The notes under the pieces were generated by a model. The model was given only the letters and a program-made list of their open reading frames with translations, was not told where the DNA came from and ran no database searches. Positions 60,811-64,000 of a stretch of 64,000 bases of DNA are shown here, piece after piece; positions within the stretch are counted from its first letter, which is position 1; each line of letters opens with the position of its first letter. A program made the position numbers and the translations under genes. The stretch comes from Camelus ferus (Eukaryota), in assembly GCF_009834535.1 (NCBI RefSeq), contig NC_045698.1, forward strand, positions 1,862,001-1,926,000, read 5' to 3'.

Positions 60811-63599
60811 TGAAATAGTGAAGCAAGAAAAACAAAAGACATTCTGCTGATGAAAACACCTGGCTTCCGTGTCCCCCTGAGCTCAGGAGGGACACATACG
60901 TGAGGTCGAGCCTGGCAATCTGGAGGTTTGGGACGCCGAGCCAGACAGCACGGCACCTGCCTTTACAGTCCAGAGGGTCCCCCGGCTGCGAGGAGGACGA
61001 AGCCAAGAGGCGACATTCAGCCTTGCGGGGCTGGTACCTACACGCCAGACTGCAGGTACACATGCTGGCTCTCGTGCCACAGAGGTGTCACAGCTATTTT
61101 ATGCATAAGTGGTCTGGGGAGAGAAACTCTGACCTGGATGTGCCACTGAGATATTCTGGATGGCCCCCCTTTTGCTCTCCCCGAGCTCTGAATTCTGCCA
61201 TGCCTCGTGGAGGTGATGTCTCTGGGACAGCCACTCCCAGAGATAATTTTGCCTGAATTGCTTTTATGAAGCAAAGAGGGAAGACAAAAAAAAAAAAAAA
61301 AAAAAGAGCCAACATGATGCTTTTGAAAATGAGTTTAAATGAGCTTCTTAGCTTCTTGCAAAGATTTGTGTTTACCCACATAATATTAAGCGTTCAGACC
61401 ATCTTGCCAAATGGAGCACCTTTGGAAATTAGTATTCTTGGAACAGATGACTTGAGTATCAGGGCATTAGGTTTTCTGGCAACGCGATGCTGTTGAAGGG
61501 GGAGTATCATTACTCTTTAGGGCGAGATGCAAAGAGAAGCGGGACTCCATCCAGGAGCATCCATGGCTGGCTTTCAAATACACTTGTACCAGTCGTCCTT
61601 GAAGCAGCGCTCCTGTGTGTTACAGATCACCCCAAACATCCCCGGACAGTATCTATGTGAGAATAAATATTGGCTTCATGTAGAATAAAATTGCGCTAAC
61701 ATTTTGGGCAATTAAAAGATAAAACACGTATAGCTGATGGAAACAAAAAGAAGCCCTTTTTTTTCTTTCAAGTACTGAATACATTTTTTTTCTTTAGAGT
61801 TTTGAATATAAAAACCAGCAGAACACAGACATCAGGGCAGCACCTAATTGGAATGTTGTTGCACATCGGAGAGTCATCGCATCAGAAAGGGAAGCCCAGG
61901 CCGCAGGGTTACAGCTCTGCCCGTGGAGCTGGCGTGTCCACACGCCTTACCTTCAGCCGAAGCGACCCACAAAAATGAGTAATTTCACTCGAAGAGCAAT
62001 GGTTTAATTTCAAAATGAAAAACAACGCACGCATTCAGTTTTAATGTAACTTATCTCTTCTGATAAGCATAGAGCAATTCACATTATGTTTACATTAAAA
62101 TAAAATTGTGGTTGGAATGTACCTGCCATTAATATATTTGCTGCCACAAACGCTGAGCCAGCAGTGGGGACGTTAAACTTCTGTTGAAGCAGAGGGAACA
62201 GCCGTTTGTGCACTCGGCCTCTGTGGCTGACGGCTTTTGAGGGAGCTGGGCAGCGACAGACGAGGCATGAAGCAGACCTGTGCGGCGAGGCAGGCTGTCC
62301 GGCTGTGCCGTGGAAACCAGAGACGGGTGTCAAGCAGCCGTGCCCATCTCCCGTGTTTCCCTTACTTTCATGTTTACATTTAGTTTCGGTAGAATAATTT
62401 ATAAAAAGCTCGAGCTTCAAAATGGCCCTAGGATGTCTACTTAGTGAAATAAACTTTGCAAATCTTGTGTCTCTGTCCCTCTCCCGTCTCCATATGTATA
62501 CGTAGCTATCCCCCGTCTGCGTCTATGCATATATTCATATACACCCGTATTAACGTCTGTATGTACATCCGGACCCATTTTACTCCCGTGCCTGCACCTG
62601 AGCCCCTACTCCCAGGCCGCACGACCATCGCAGTGAGAAGTCTGATGAAAATGCACGGCAGCTACTCAGAATGACTGAGTTCCAGTTACCGGAAGCCCCC
62701 CTCTTTTTTCTTTTCTCACAGCAGTCATAAATATCAAAATATATGTTGTGCGTGCCTTTTCCAAGGTTTCAGAAGAGTTGAACTAAGTTCGTAATGGAAA
62801 TCACTGTTTGCTCAGATAAAACAAATAACGCTGGGGCTTCTCAGTGCCTGGACAGGGGCTGGAGTGGACTTGCAAAGGTAAACGGGAAGGCGGGACTGTT
62901 AACCCATCACTTCAAGCGTGATGCTATGCAAATAGGTTATCAGTTCTCCAGCAGGTCTGAACGGAGCTGCGAATTCGGAACCACAGCCGGCGTCATGATC
63001 TCCGGCCCTGAGAGCTCTTTCTTGCTCAAGCCCAGCGCGGTTGCCAGACAACGAGCTGGAGTTCAGTCGGAGTTGCTGGGTTTTCAGGCACCCTTGTTGA
63101 ACTTTTACCAAACACACACACTCAGGAAGCTCCTTCACTAAATCAGCAGAGCCCCCTGGGCGTGAGGCTCCACTGATGTTCGCAGCCGGTATCTGGCCAG
63201 TTCCTTTTGGCCTCTATTCATGTGCGGCTTAAAGAGCTGGCTTTTTGGATCGATTAATTTCAAGAGGGCCGGAAGGATCACTGAGTATGATTTTCAGGTC
63301 CAATTCCATACGCGGGTCCCTGTCTCAGAGTCTACCATCAGGGGCTTCCTTTCACGCGAAGTTCGTGGCGGGACGACTGTGCCTTCTCCGGGGTTTTCTG
63401 GAGGAGAAGGGGTTCCGCCTCCAGACAGTGGCAGCAGCTCCTGCCCGAGTTCCCAGCCTGCTGGCCTGCCCGGGGGACCTCCGGCTTGCTGGCCTCCCAA
63501 TTGTGTGTTCTAACTCCTTAAAGAAAATTTAGTTTTTGTTAAAAAAGAAGATATTTTATATCTATATACAGCTATATGTGGAATACATGTATATAGTAA

Positions 63600-63630
63600 A
63601 TAGACAGATTCATAGATAGATAGACAGACA
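63600..63630 (+). repeat. (GATA/GACA)n short simple repeat
   Basis: atagacagattcatagatagatagacagaca. Confidence 0.6.
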
Positions 63631-64000
63631 ATGACGAACTTCTATTAAAACAAAGGGGAGAGCCATTCACTTCTCTTAGTTTTTACTGTCCTGGTATCTC
63701 AGTCTCTGTCCATCCATCTTTTCTTCTGTCGGCCCTGCTTCTCTGGGGAACCTTGGCTGATGCACGATCCAAGGCCGAGTCCCTCCCCCAGGCGAGGGAG
63801 AAGGACCCACAGTGGAGAGCAGAAGTTTCTGTGTCTCAGACAGGTCCTCGCCTGTCACCTTGGGAAGAACCACTTAGCTGCCTGCGGACTTCGCGGTCAC
63901 GGACCAGGACTCAGCCGGGTGTCTGGGGGGAAGCAGGAGGCAGAGACTGCCTGTCCTTCATGCCCCCAGGGACGCTGAACGTTTGCTTTGTATCCACGGT

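Overview
Non-coding mammalian genomic DNA, most likely from a camelid (camel/alpaca/llama lineage). This is inferred from a tRNA-Ala-derived vic-1-type SINE at 55054-55214, artiodactyl-type L1 3' UTRs, and no recognisable Alu, Bov-A/BovB, PRE-1 or CAN-SINEs. I find no supportable protein-coding gene, RNA gene, CRISPR array or prokaryotic/viral system. The listed ORFs are chance frames in GC-rich DNA or decayed LINE fragments. The window is a mosaic of (i) eutherian repeats, often nested (old and young L1, L2, MIR, MaLR MLT1 LTRs, ERV1-type solo LTRs, MER58, MER94, a Tigger1 derivative), (ii) very GC/CpG-rich unique DNA including orphan CpG-island-like blocks, and (iii) repeat-free AT-rich islands dense in homeodomain/TALE motifs that resemble conserved developmental enhancers of a gene desert or large intron. 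The most notable directly visible oddities are a ~125-bp micro-inversion inside an old L1 with inverted-repeat ends, a +/-/+ L1 mosaic with complementary breakpoints, local GC-shifting of ancient repeats, and a 270-bp phase-0 candidate exon. Repeat family names and boundaries come from memory of consensus sequences, not a database search, so they are approximate. I see no evidence of a novel biological system.
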